This document shows positions 29,663 through 38,479 of a stretch of DNA of 64,000 nt, piece by piece (positions within the stretch are counted from its first letter, which is position 1; each line of letters starts with the position of its first letter). The position numbers and the translations under genes were made by a program. The stretch covers positions 762-64,761 of the forward strand of contig CAZHRJ010000001.1 in assembly GCA_964534765.1 (NCBI GenBank), read 5' to 3'. The stretch comes from an uncultured bacterium (GTDB lineage: Bacteria; Lindowbacteria; 2-12-FULL-62-27). The notes below the pieces were generated by a model. The model was not told the DNA's origin. It searched no databases and saw only the letters and a program-made list of their open reading frames with translations.

Positions 29663-31506
29663 TACTCTTGCGCCTGCTGCTGTTGCGGGCGCGGCCCGCC
29701 GACCAGATGCTGGTCCGCGATGTGCTGGGGGGACCAGTCAGTCTTGTGGCCGGGCACGCTGTATTCGTAAGGCCCGCGGTGAATGGTGATTTCCTCGGCG
29801 AAATTGCCGTGGGGCGGCGGAGAGGGACACGCGGCCCAATCCAGGGTTGTCGCTTTCCACGGATTCGACTCCACCTTCCGGCCATAGAACAGGCTGTGAA
29901 AAAAATTCACGATAAAGGGAATCTGAGCCAGGGCCAGGACCAGCGCCGAGCCGGACATGACCAGGTTTAGAATCAGGGTCGGTCTGTTGTGGATCTGAAA
30001 AGACGGATCATACTGCCGGCGCAGGACGCCCGACACACCCTGAACCATCATCGGCAGGAAAATGCCGTTCATCGCGATGATCGAAATCCAGAAATGCACC
30101 TTGCCCCAGAACACGTTCATCGTCCGGCCGAACATTTTTGGGAACCAGTAGTAAATCCCGGCAAAGAGCGCGATGAGACTTCCCGTCACCACCACATAAT
30201 GAAAATGGCCGATGACGTATAACGTATCGTGCAGGTAAATATCCGTCGGCGTAAACCCCAGCGGAAGGCCCGTGAGGCCGCCGATGCCGAACATGGGAAC
30301 GAAGGCCAGAGCAAAGAGCATGGGGGTGGTGAAATGGATCGAACCGTTTCTCAGACTCAGAAGAAAACAGGTCAGCACCATGACCGACGGGATCGAAATC
30401 AACATCGTGGTGACGGTGAAAAACTTCGTGACGTCCGTCCGCATCCCGCTCAAAAACATGTGATGCGCCCACACAATAAACGACAGACCCCCGATCGCGC
30501 AAAGCGAAATCACCAGCTCCTTGTATCCAAAAAGGGGCTTACGCGTGCCGCTGGCCAGAATCTCGGCCACAATCCCGAATTCGGGCAACAACAACACATA
30601 CACCTCCGGATGGGCCAAAAACCAGAAAAGGTGCTGCCACAGCAACGGATTTCCACCGCCCGGCTGGTCCACCGGGGCGCCGCCAAAAATCAAATTCGCG
30701 GGAATAAAAAAATTGGCTTTGCCCAGCCGGTCCATCAACTGAAGGATCGCCCCGCCCTGAAGCACCGGGAACGCCAGGACCAGCAGGATGGCGGTGACAA
30801 ACTGACACCAGACGAAAAACGGAAGACGCATCCAGGTCATTCCCCTGGCCCGGAGGTTCATGGTGGTGACGATGAAGTTGATCGCGCCAAAGAGGGACGA
30901 GGTGATGATGAACGTCATCGAGATGAGCCACATCGTCTGGCCTGTGAGTACCGCGTCCCAGCCCGATTTCTGCAGGATACCGTCCGCCAGGTCGGCCAGA
31001 GGCGAATAGGACGTCCAGCCCGACTGCGCCGCGCCGCCCGGCAAAAGAAAACTCGACAGCATCAGCGTCCCGCCGATCAGGAAAATCCAGTAGGACAACA
31101 TGTTCAAAAACGGAAACGCCATGTCCTTGGCGCCGATCTGAAGCGGCAGAACGAAATTCCCAAACGCCGCGACACCCAGAGGCACCACGCCGAGGAACAC
31201 CATGATGGTGCCGTGCATGGCGCCGAGCATATTGTAGAATTCGGGCAGCATCACCCCGCCGGGCGCCATGGTTTCGGGCAGAAAAGCGCCGATGAGCGGA
31301 ATGGGTTTGCCCGGAAAGGCCAACTGCCAGCGCATCAGAAGCATCATCGCGAAGCCGGAGAGCAAAAAGACAAGGGATGTGATCATGTACTGAATGCCGA
31401 TGATTTTATGGTCAGTCGAAAAAACATATTTCCGGATAAACGGCAACTCCGGATGGGCCTCGTGTCCGCCCGCCACCGCATGCCCTTCGGTTGCCGGTGT
31501 TTGCAT
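29662..31506 (-). CDS. coxA: cytochrome c oxidase subunit I
   Basis: ORF 29662..31620. The ATG at 31506 is preferred, 8 nt after the coxB stop. Signature blocks FWFLAHPEVYVLLLPEFG, WAHHMFLSG, VIGHFHYVV. Confidence 0.9.
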   Translation of the reverse strand: MQTPATEGHAVAGGHEAHPELPFIRKYVFSTDHKIIGIQYMITSLVFLLSGFAMMLLMRWQLAFPGKPIPLIGAFLPETMAPGGVMLPEFYNMLGAMHGTIMVFLGVVPLGVAAFGNFVLPLQIGAKDMAFPFLNMLSYWIFLIGGTLMLSSFLLPGGAAQSGWTSYSPLADLADGILQKSGWDAVLTGQTMWLISMTFIITSSLFGAINFIVTTMNLRARGMTWMRLPFFVWCQFVTAILLVLAFPVLQGGAILQLMDRLGKANFFIPANLIFGGAPVDQPGGGNPLLWQHLFWFLAHPEVYVLLLPEFGIVAEILASGTRKPLFGYKELVISLCAIGGLSFIVWAHHMFLSGMRTDVTKFFTVTTMLISIPSVMVLTCFLLSLRNGSIHFTTPMLFALAFVPMFGIGGLTGLPLGFTPTDIYLHDTLYVIGHFHYVVVTGSLIALFAGIYYWFPKMFGRTMNVFWGKVHFWISIIAMNGIFLPMMVQGVSGVLRRQYDPSFQIHNRPTLILNLVMSGSALVLALAQIPFIVNFFHSLFYGRKVESNPWKATTLDWAACPSPPPHGNFAEEITIHRGPYEYSVPGHKTDWSPQHIADQHLVGGPRPQQQQAQE

Positions 31507-31514
31507 GGAGTCTC

Positions 31515-32273
31515 CTACTGGGCCGACTTGCCGGCCAATTTTTTCTGGTACCAGGCGTCGAACCGATCCTGGGCCATGACGTTGACATCGCCCCGCATCC
31601 GGTAATGACCCAGTCCGCACAGCTGCGCGCAGGCGATTTCAAAATCTCCGAGAATCGTCGGCTCAAACCATATCCTGACCTTCAGACCCGGCGTGGCGTC
31701 CTGTTTGGTCCGAAATGCCGGGACATTGAAACTGTGGATGACGTCCATGGACGTGAGATAAACAAGGGTGGGTTTGCCGATCGGGACCGGCATCTGATTG
31801 ACCGAAAGGACATCATCCGCGGCGGCCGGGTCGATGTCGTCCAACCCGATCGGATTTCCGGGACTCACCAGTTTGATGTCCGTCCGGCCAAATACCCCAT
31901 CCCGGCCGGGATAGTGGAAATTCCACGCGAACTGCTGGGCATGCACCGCTACGACGTTGGCCGCCTTGGCGTCGGGCAACGTCTCCATCACATGGGCCCA
32001 CACCGGAAGACCGATGACGAAGATCATGAACATTTCAAAGACGAGAATGATGCCGTCCGGAACCATGGACGCAAGAATTCCCCCCTGTGAATAGACAGCC
32101 TGGGAACCCGGGCGGGCGCGGTACTTGATCAGGCAGTACGTAAAAAAAACGCCCCAACAGACAAAAATCAGCGCCATCGCAATGTGAAAAATATTGAGCT
32201 GTCGATCCAGACTCGCCGCATAGGTCGAGGCCGCAACCGGCATGCTCCATCCATACATCTGATCCACACTCAT
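31515..32273 (-). CDS. coxB: cytochrome c oxidase subunit II (CuA, no fused cytochrome c domain)
   Basis: CuA site HSFNVP...CAQLCGLGHYRM and two N-terminal TM helices. The ATG at 32273 is preferred over the TTG at 32309, which lies inside a consensus promoter. Confidence 0.85.
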   Translation of the reverse strand: MSVDQMYGWSMPVAASTYAASLDRQLNIFHIAMALIFVCWGVFFTYCLIKYRARPGSQAVYSQGGILASMVPDGIILVFEMFMIFVIGLPVWAHVMETLPDAKAANVVAVHAQQFAWNFHYPGRDGVFGRTDIKLVSPGNPIGLDDIDPAAADDVLSVNQMPVPIGKPTLVYLTSMDVIHSFNVPAFRTKQDATPGLKVRIWFEPTILGDFEIACAQLCGLGHYRMRGDVNVMAQDRFDAWYQKKLAGKSAQ

Positions 32274-32285
32274 GAATTGAGGGGG

Positions 32286-32314
32286 ATTATAGTCAATCCC
32301 AAGGGCCAAGTCAA
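32286..32314 (-). promoter_or_regulatory. sigma70-type promoter for the cox operon (TTGACT-17 nt-TATAAT)
   Basis: The minus strand reads TTGACT (32314..32309), a 17-nt spacer, then TATAAT (32291..32286). The ATG of coxB is 12 nt downstream of the -10 box. Confidence 0.45.
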
Positions 32315-32345
32315 ACCGGTGAATCGAAAATAAAAGGGGGGTGTT

Positions 32346-33899
32346 CTAAGCGAGTCTGTATTTCTTGACGCTCCGGCGGAACTGCCAGACCCGGCCCATC
32401 TCCCGGACCATGGCTCTGGCAAAGCCGGTTGTCTTGTTGAAAGAATCCTGCTGAAAGAAACTCTTGAAGAGATAGTAAATGCGTTTGGGCCGGATCGACA
32501 GATAGATGGAGTAGAAGAGGAAAAACCCAAGCAGAATGATGAGCGTTGTCTGGAGGGAGGAAAAGCGCGTGTTATAGGATGTCTTCTTGACAAAGAAACT
32601 CTGCGACGTAAAGAGGCTGAGAAAATAGTTATCGTCGAATTTCGGGATTTTGCCGGCGTTCACCAGGTCATGGAATATTTTGGTTCCCGGGTGGGGCGAA
32701 TAGGCGTTAATGTTCACGCCCGAAAATCCATGCCAGGCGCATTTGACGATGAAGGCGTACGTTTTGAAGATGCTCTCCCAGTCGTCGAACGGGAATCCGA
32801 CGATGATGTTCATGCTGATGCTCATCCCCTGCGAAATCGACGCGTCGGCGGATTTCAGCAAACTCGACAGCTTCACCTTCTTGTCGATGATCTTCAAGAT
32901 CCGCTCGTCCCCCGATTCGGGCGCGTAGGCGAAATCGGTGCACCCGCTCTGATAGAGCGCCCGCGCCACGTCGCCGTCGATCGCCTCGCTCCGGGTCCCC
33001 GACGGGATCTGGTAGGTGACTTTGAGGCCGCGCCGCAGGATCTCGCTCGTGAATTCCAGTATCCAGCTGCGTTTGACGATCGCCGTCAAATCCTCGAAAT
33101 GAAAGTCCGTGGCATCGTACTGGCGCATGTACTTTTCCATCTCATCCACAACTTTCCGATAGTCCCGCGCGACCCATATTGTTGTCCACATCTGGGGACT
33201 GGTGCAAAAGGTGCACTGGTAGGGGCAGCCGCGAGTGGCCAGCATCGGCATGTACCGGCCTTTGACGGCGCCGTGGGGCTGACCCATATTGATGTAGTCG
33301 TTGATGCGGAAATGCTTCCAGGACGGTTCCGGGATGGCATCGATATCATTTTTGAGCCTGCCCCGGCGCGGATTTTTGACAAAGGATCCGTTGCCGTTCT
33401 TGCGCCAGAATACCCCCGTCACCTGTTCGATGGGGGTTTTGTGGGAGGAAATATGCTCCGCGAGTTCCACAGCCGTTTCCTCGCCCTCGCCCGCCACGAT
33501 ATAGTCCACGCTCGATTGATCGAACACCACCTCCGGCATTCCCGATCCGTGTTCTCCGCCAAGGACGATCGGACGATTGGGAAAGGACTCGCGAACCGCC
33601 TCGATCAGTCTCCGGGTCGCCGGCCACTGACACGAAAACATGCTGCTCACGCCGATCATGTCCGTCTTCCGGTCGATCCGGTCCGCCACCTCCTTGAACG
33701 TCAGCCCGCGAAGATAGATGGGCCCGAATTGGGTGTACTGGGTCATGCCCTCGCCGATGGCATCGACGACCTGCACCTGATGCCCGGCTTCCTCGAGAGC
33801 GGCGGCAATATAGGCGGTTCCCAGCGGCGGAATGACCACATTGGATGCGTGGTTCAGAGGGAACGCAAACTTGGGTACTTCAACCAGCGTCACCAGCAT
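32346..33899 (-). CDS. B12-binding-domain radical SAM protein with C-terminal membrane anchor
   Basis: 517 aa. N-terminal cobalamin-binding-like Rossmann domain, radical SAM cluster motif RGCPYQCTFCTS (CxxxCxxC), C-terminal hydrophobic helix LQTTLIILLGFFLFYSIYLSI. Confidence 0.85.
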   Translation of the reverse strand: MLVTLVEVPKFAFPLNHASNVVIPPLGTAYIAAALEEAGHQVQVVDAIGEGMTQYTQFGPIYLRGLTFKEVADRIDRKTDMIGVSSMFSCQWPATRRLIEAVRESFPNRPIVLGGEHGSGMPEVVFDQSSVDYIVAGEGEETAVELAEHISSHKTPIEQVTGVFWRKNGNGSFVKNPRRGRLKNDIDAIPEPSWKHFRINDYINMGQPHGAVKGRYMPMLATRGCPYQCTFCTSPQMWTTIWVARDYRKVVDEMEKYMRQYDATDFHFEDLTAIVKRSWILEFTSEILRRGLKVTYQIPSGTRSEAIDGDVARALYQSGCTDFAYAPESGDERILKIIDKKVKLSSLLKSADASISQGMSISMNIIVGFPFDDWESIFKTYAFIVKCAWHGFSGVNINAYSPHPGTKIFHDLVNAGKIPKFDDNYFLSLFTSQSFFVKKTSYNTRFSSLQTTLIILLGFFLFYSIYLSIRPKRIYYLFKSFFQQDSFNKTTGFARAMVREMGRVWQFRRSVKKYRLA

Positions 33900-33984
33900 A
33901 CACCCTAATTATTAAAGAGGAGGGTTATTTTGTCAAGAGACTTGCCTTGCAAGAATGGGCGCAATCAGTTAGATACGCTTACTG

Positions 33985-35052
33985 ATGAAAATGAAAGCGC
34001 TGGTCCTGGCGGGCGGCAAGGGAACGCGGCTGAGACCCATCACCCATACCTCCGCCAAACAACTGATCCCGATCGCCAATAAACCGATTCTTGTCTACGG
34101 ATTGGAAGCCCTCGCCGCGGCCGGGATCCGGCAGGTCGGCATGATCGTGGGGGACACCGCCCAGTCAATCCGGGAGGCGGTCGGGGATGGCCATGCGTTA
34201 GGCATTGAGGTCACCTATCTTCCCCAGGATGCGCCGCTGGGACTGGCGCACGCCGTCTGGACCGCCCGGGATTTTCTCGGCCAGGACCCGTTCCTCATGT
34301 TTCTCGGGGACAACCTCATCAAAGATCCCTTAAAACCCCTCGTCGACCGGTTCCTGCGCGAGCAACCCAACGCGCTGCTGCTTCTGGCCCCGGTGCCCAA
34401 TCCGTCGGCATTCGGCGTGGTGGAACTGGCGGGTGACCGGATTGTCCGGCTGATCGAAAAGCCGAAAGTTCCGCCATCCAATCTCGCCCTGGTCGGCGTT
34501 TATCTCTTCGACTCCGAAATCCTCCGCGTGATTCCCAAACTCAAGCCATCCTGGCGAAACGAACTGGAGATCACCGAAGCCATCCAGATGCTTCTGGACG
34601 AAAAACGGCGGATTGTCTACCAGAAAATCGAGCAGTGGTGGAAAGACACCGGGAAAAAAGAGGACCTCCTCGACGCCAATCGATTCGTCCTCAAGGAAAT
34701 GTCCGGCGACGAAATCCTCGGCGACATCGTTCAGTCGGTCATTCATGGGCCTGTGCGAATCGGCAAGGGAACCCGGGTTGTGAAGTCGCGGATCACCGGG
34801 CCCTGTGTCATCGGCGAAAACGGCCTGATCGAGGACGCCGCAATCGGGCCATTCACTTCGATTGCGGCCAACGCCAAAATCGTGCGAACCGAAATTCATC
34901 ACAGCATTCTCATGGAAGACGTCACCCTGGCCGATTTGCCCAGGCCTCTAACGGACAGCCTCCTCGGACGCGGCGTCCAGATCGAACGGGACAACCTGCG
35001 GGGAGGCAGTTTCCGGATGATGGTGGGGGATCAGGGAGAAATCCAGTTGTGA
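33985..35052 (+). CDS. rmlA: glucose-1-phosphate thymidylyltransferase (long form with C-terminal left-handed beta-helix)
   Basis: 355 aa. LAGGKGTRLRPITHTSAKQLIPIANKP nucleotidyltransferase signature. The C-terminal hexapeptide-repeat-like region is typical of the long RmlA form. Confidence 0.75.
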   Translation: MKMKALVLAGGKGTRLRPITHTSAKQLIPIANKPILVYGLEALAAAGIRQVGMIVGDTAQSIREAVGDGHALGIEVTYLPQDAPLGLAHAVWTARDFLGQDPFLMFLGDNLIKDPLKPLVDRFLREQPNALLLLAPVPNPSAFGVVELAGDRIVRLIEKPKVPPSNLALVGVYLFDSEILRVIPKLKPSWRNELEITEAIQMLLDEKRRIVYQKIEQWWKDTGKKEDLLDANRFVLKEMSGDEILGDIVQSVIHGPVRIGKGTRVVKSRITGPCVIGENGLIEDAAIGPFTSIAANAKIVRTEIHHSILMEDVTLADLPRPLTDSLLGRGVQIERDNLRGGSFRMMVGDQGEIQL

Positions 35053-36074
35053 AGGTCCTGGTGACCGGTGGCTGCGGATTCATCGGCAGCCATGTGGTGC
35101 GATTGTTGATTTCAAAAGGTGTAGCGGTCGTCAATTTGGACAAGCTGACCTACGCCGGAAATCCTGAAAATGTGTGCGAAGCCGGCCAAAGCCGCCTGTA
35201 CCGGTTCATCCAGGGCGACATCTGTGACGCTAAAACCGTTGCCGGGGCGGCCGACGATGTCGACGGCATCATCAATCTGGCCGCGGAAACTCATGTCGAC
35301 CGGTCCATTCTCAATCCCGGCGAATTTGTCCGCACCGACATGCTCGGCACGTACGTTTTGCTCGAGGCGGCGCGCCAGGCGAAGGTGAAATTTTTTGTGC
35401 AGGTGAGTACCGATGAAGTCTACGGGTCGATCCTGAAAGGCAAATTCCGCGAAACCGACCCGGTCCGACCCACCAATCCCTATTCGGCTTCCAAACTTGG
35501 CGCGGACCGCCTGGCCTACAGCTATTGTTCGACGTACGGCCTCCGGGTGTCGATCACGCGCGGCAGCAACACGTACGGCCCGCGCCAGTTCCCGGAAAAA
35601 CTCATCCCCCTCACGATCATCCGCGCCCTGGCGGGAGAACCCATCCCGGTCTACGGGGACGGCCGAAACGTGAGGGACTGGCTGCACGTGGAAGACCATG
35701 CCCGCGCGATCTGGACGGTGGCCCGGCGCGGGAAGGCGGGCGAGGTCTATAACATTTCCGGCCGATGTGAAAGAGAAAATATCTGGACCGTCCGAAAAAT
35801 TATCCGGGCGCTTGACCGGCCCCTGTCCCTTATTCAGTACGTAAAGGATCGGGAAGGTCACGACCGCCGGTACGCGCTGGATGACCGGAAAATCCGGTCC
35901 GAGCTGGGCTGGACGCGATCCCATCCCGACTTCGCGCGGGAATTGGTCCACACGGCCCGCTGGTACCGGGACAACCGGCGGTGGTGGGAACCGACGGTGA
36001 AGCGGAATGCGGCGTTCAAAGCCTATTTTCAGAGGCAATACGGCGGGCGGTGGAAAAAGAAAGGGGCGAGGTGA
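35049..36074 (+). CDS. rfbB: dTDP-glucose 4,6-dehydratase
   Basis: The GTG at 35049 overlaps the rmlA stop (GTGA). VTGGCGFIGSH, STDEVYG, YSASK, DGRNVRDWLHVEDH are canonical RfbB blocks. Confidence 0.9.
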   Translation: MKVLVTGGCGFIGSHVVRLLISKGVAVVNLDKLTYAGNPENVCEAGQSRLYRFIQGDICDAKTVAGAADDVDGIINLAAETHVDRSILNPGEFVRTDMLGTYVLLEAARQAKVKFFVQVSTDEVYGSILKGKFRETDPVRPTNPYSASKLGADRLAYSYCSTYGLRVSITRGSNTYGPRQFPEKLIPLTIIRALAGEPIPVYGDGRNVRDWLHVEDHARAIWTVARRGKAGEVYNISGRCERENIWTVRKIIRALDRPLSLIQYVKDREGHDRRYALDDRKIRSELGWTRSHPDFARELVHTARWYRDNRRWWEPTVKRNAAFKAYFQRQYGGRWKKKGAR

Positions 36075-36080
36075 AGACGG

Positions 36081-36536
36081 ATGATTGAGGGAAGCTGGAT
36101 CAAGCAGTTGAAACTGATGTGCGATGAGAGGGGCCGGCTCATGGAGGTATTCCGGTGCGACGAGGAGGGATTTGTCAAATTCGGCCAGGTGTACATGACG
36201 ACCGCCTATCCCGGCGTGGTCAAGGCGTGGCACTATCACAAGCTGCAGGCGGACCATTTCGCGTGCCTCAAGGGCATGATGAAGCTGGTTCTGTATGACA
36301 GCCGGAAAACATCAAAGACGCGCGGGAAAGTTCAGGAAATTTTCCTCGGCGAGTACCAGCCGCTTCTGGTCAAGATTCCCAAGGGGGTCTACCATGGGTT
36401 CAAGTGCGTTTCGACCGAAGAGGCGTTGGTGATCAATATCCCGGACGAAGCCTACAACCGCCACCAGCCGGACGAATACCGGCTGCCGGCCCATACAAAA
36501 AAAATTCCATACGACTGGGCCCGGAAAGACGGATGA
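36081..36536 (+). CDS. RmlC-like cupin (short dTDP-4-dehydrorhamnose 3,5-epimerase-family protein)
   Basis: 151 aa. DERGRLMEVFR ... VVKAWHYHKLQADHFACLKG ... YDSRKTSKTRG matches the RmlC-type fold pattern. No rmlD is adjacent. Confidence 0.65.
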   Translation: MIEGSWIKQLKLMCDERGRLMEVFRCDEEGFVKFGQVYMTTAYPGVVKAWHYHKLQADHFACLKGMMKLVLYDSRKTSKTRGKVQEIFLGEYQPLLVKIPKGVYHGFKCVSTEEALVINIPDEAYNRHQPDEYRLPAHTKKIPYDWARKDG

Positions 36537-36570
36537 GTCTCCTCACGGTTTAGGACCGGCAACTGCGGGC

Positions 36571-37335
36571 ATGTGGAAGGGGAAAACGGTATCGGTTGTC
36601 CTGCCGACCTACAACGAGAAGGATTCCATCCGCCAGTGCATCAAGGAATTTTATGACACCGGGTTTGTGGATGACATCTTTGTCGTCAACAACAACGCCG
36701 CCGCCGGCACATCCCAGGAGGTCGCCGGGACCGGGGCGACGGAAATCTTCGAAGACAGACAGGGATACGGTTTTTCCAACCGATGCGGACTCCTTGCCGC
36801 CACGGGAAACCTGGTGGTGGTGTGCGAGCCGGACGCTACGTTCATTCCGAACGATCTGATCAAGTTTCTATCCTACAGCGACGATTTTGACGTTGTCCTG
36901 GGGACGCGCACCAGCAAGCTGCTGATCTGGGAAGGCGCGAACATGGGCTGGTTTCTCAGGTGGGGCAACATCCTGGTGGCCAAGGTCGCGGGATTGATGT
37001 TCAACTGCATGCAGCCGTCCGACATGGGATGCACCTACAAACTGCTTAATCGAAAAGCCCTGGACCGGCTCAATCCCCTGTTCACGGTGGGCGGGCTCCA
37101 TTTCAACGCGGAACTGCTCTGTTTGCTGTTCATGAGCAGGCTCCGCTTCATCGAAATCCCGGTCAACTACAAAAACCGGGTCGGCCAGTCCGCCGCCACG
37201 GGACGTAAATGGGTCGCTTTCTACGTCGGTTTTTGCATGATCGGATGCGTCCTGTCCTACTGGTGCCAGTTTCTCCTGCAAAAAGTGTCGGGTGGCCGGC
37301 CGCCAGGACCGCACGGTCAACCGGCGAATTCCTAG
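36571..37335 (+). CDS. GT2 glycosyltransferase, polyprenyl-phosphate sugar synthase-like (Dpm1/GtrB type)
   Basis: 254 aa. VSVVLPTYNEKDSI, the DxD-like region CEPDATF and a C-terminal hydrophobic tail. Confidence 0.75.
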   Translation: MWKGKTVSVVLPTYNEKDSIRQCIKEFYDTGFVDDIFVVNNNAAAGTSQEVAGTGATEIFEDRQGYGFSNRCGLLAATGNLVVVCEPDATFIPNDLIKFLSYSDDFDVVLGTRTSKLLIWEGANMGWFLRWGNILVAKVAGLMFNCMQPSDMGCTYKLLNRKALDRLNPLFTVGGLHFNAELLCLLFMSRLRFIEIPVNYKNRVGQSAATGRKWVAFYVGFCMIGCVLSYWCQFLLQKVSGGRPPGPHGQPANS

Positions 37336-37341
37336 AAGGCG

Positions 37342-38385
37342 ATGGCGGTGAACGCGGTGGATTCCATCCGGAATTTTTTTTCCGAACCTGCAGGCGGCGG
37401 AGACGGCGGCTCGACGCGCGGAACTCTTCTTCGGATCGATTACCTTTTGATCGTTCTTCTCATGGCGGTCTTCGCATGGAAATTATACAAGGTCTTTCTA
37501 CCCTACAATCTGAAATACGCTGAAACCCAGTTGAAACTCCACGGGCTGGTCCTGGCGGGCCAGGCCGACTCGCCGCCACAGCATCAAATGTACGCGCACT
37601 GCCATCTCCTCGAACTGGCCTTTCGGGCTCTGGCCCCCGATCGGCAGACCGCTATGGGATTCTCACACCTCTATGTCGCCTACTATTCCCTGGGCGCGCT
37701 GATCATGATCCCGCTCCTGTACCGGCTGTGCCGGCGGGGCTCGTCGCCGCTGGGCGCGGGACTGGCCTGTTATTATTTCATCGCCATCAGCCGGGTCCTC
37801 TGGTACGACAATATCTTTCAGCCCAAAGACATGTTCGGAATGGCGCTGGCGATCGTTTTGACCGAGTACGTTCTCGATGGGCGCTATCCAGCCGGATTCT
37901 GGATCAGCCTGCTGGTTTCGGGATTTGTCTGGGAAAAACATGTGTTCGTGCCGATCTGCGCGGGCATCCTGGCGATGATGCGCGGGCAAAACTGGAGGGC
38001 GGCGGCGATGCTGGTTGTCCTGGGAGGGCTGGTGGGGGCGGTCGGACAGATCTTTCCGAGACTCTACTACGGCCCCCGGCCATGGAACGGATACACACCG
38101 CTCGACAATATCCGGCATCTTCCCGTGACCATCCCGCTCTACCTTGCCGTTTTTGGCATTCCGATCCTGTATCTACTCCGCCATCCCGGCCGGGTTGCCC
38201 TGGCGCTGAAGGTGTTGATCGTGTCCCATTTCATCATCTGGCCCGGGCTGCAGTTTTCACTCGGAAAAATCCGGGAAATGAGAAACATCCTGATCCTCTA
38301 CGTCTACACGTGGCCGCTGCTGGCGGCAGCGGTCGACGCCCTCATACCCGCGCTGATCCGAGACCGACGCGAAGGTGACTTTTAG
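37342..38385 (+). CDS. polytopic membrane protein (hypothetical; candidate GT-C-type transferase or polymerase)
   Basis: 347 aa with at least 8 hydrophobic segments and no motif I can recognise. Starts 6 nt after the GtrB-like GT2 gene. Confidence 0.5.
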   Translation: MAVNAVDSIRNFFSEPAGGGDGGSTRGTLLRIDYLLIVLLMAVFAWKLYKVFLPYNLKYAETQLKLHGLVLAGQADSPPQHQMYAHCHLLELAFRALAPDRQTAMGFSHLYVAYYSLGALIMIPLLYRLCRRGSSPLGAGLACYYFIAISRVLWYDNIFQPKDMFGMALAIVLTEYVLDGRYPAGFWISLLVSGFVWEKHVFVPICAGILAMMRGQNWRAAAMLVVLGGLVGAVGQIFPRLYYGPRPWNGYTPLDNIRHLPVTIPLYLAVFGIPILYLLRHPGRVALALKVLIVSHFIIWPGLQFSLGKIREMRNILILYVYTWPLLAAAVDALIPALIRDRREGDF

Positions 38386-38445
38386 AGACCCTTGGCGGGA
38401 GGACCGGGAGCGCAATATTCAGTTGTAAGAACTTGTAGATTAGCA

Positions 38446-38473
38446 TTGAATATTTACAACTAATTGATATACT
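38446..38473 (+). promoter_or_regulatory. sigma70-type promoter (TTGAAT-16 nt-TATACT) giving a probably leaderless mRNA
   Basis: Lies in the AT-rich spacer 38430..38479. The -10 box ends 6 nt before the ATG at 38480 and there is no Shine-Dalgarno sequence. Confidence 0.4.
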
Positions 38474-38479
38474 AGTTCC

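Noticed and set aside
30229-31605. 458-aa ORF antisense to coxA
   Set aside because: The translation is extremely basic (R/H/K/Q-rich). The sense strand encodes unmistakable heme-copper oxidase subunit I motifs.
32670-33908. 412-aa ORF antisense to the radical SAM gene
   Set aside because: No motif. The sense strand carries CxxxCxxC and a B12-binding domain.
35112-36257. 381-aa ORF antisense to rfbB and the RmlC-like gene
   Set aside because: Arg/Pro/Gly-rich with no motif, and fully antisense to a gene with canonical dTDP-glucose dehydratase blocks. High-GC antisense artefact.
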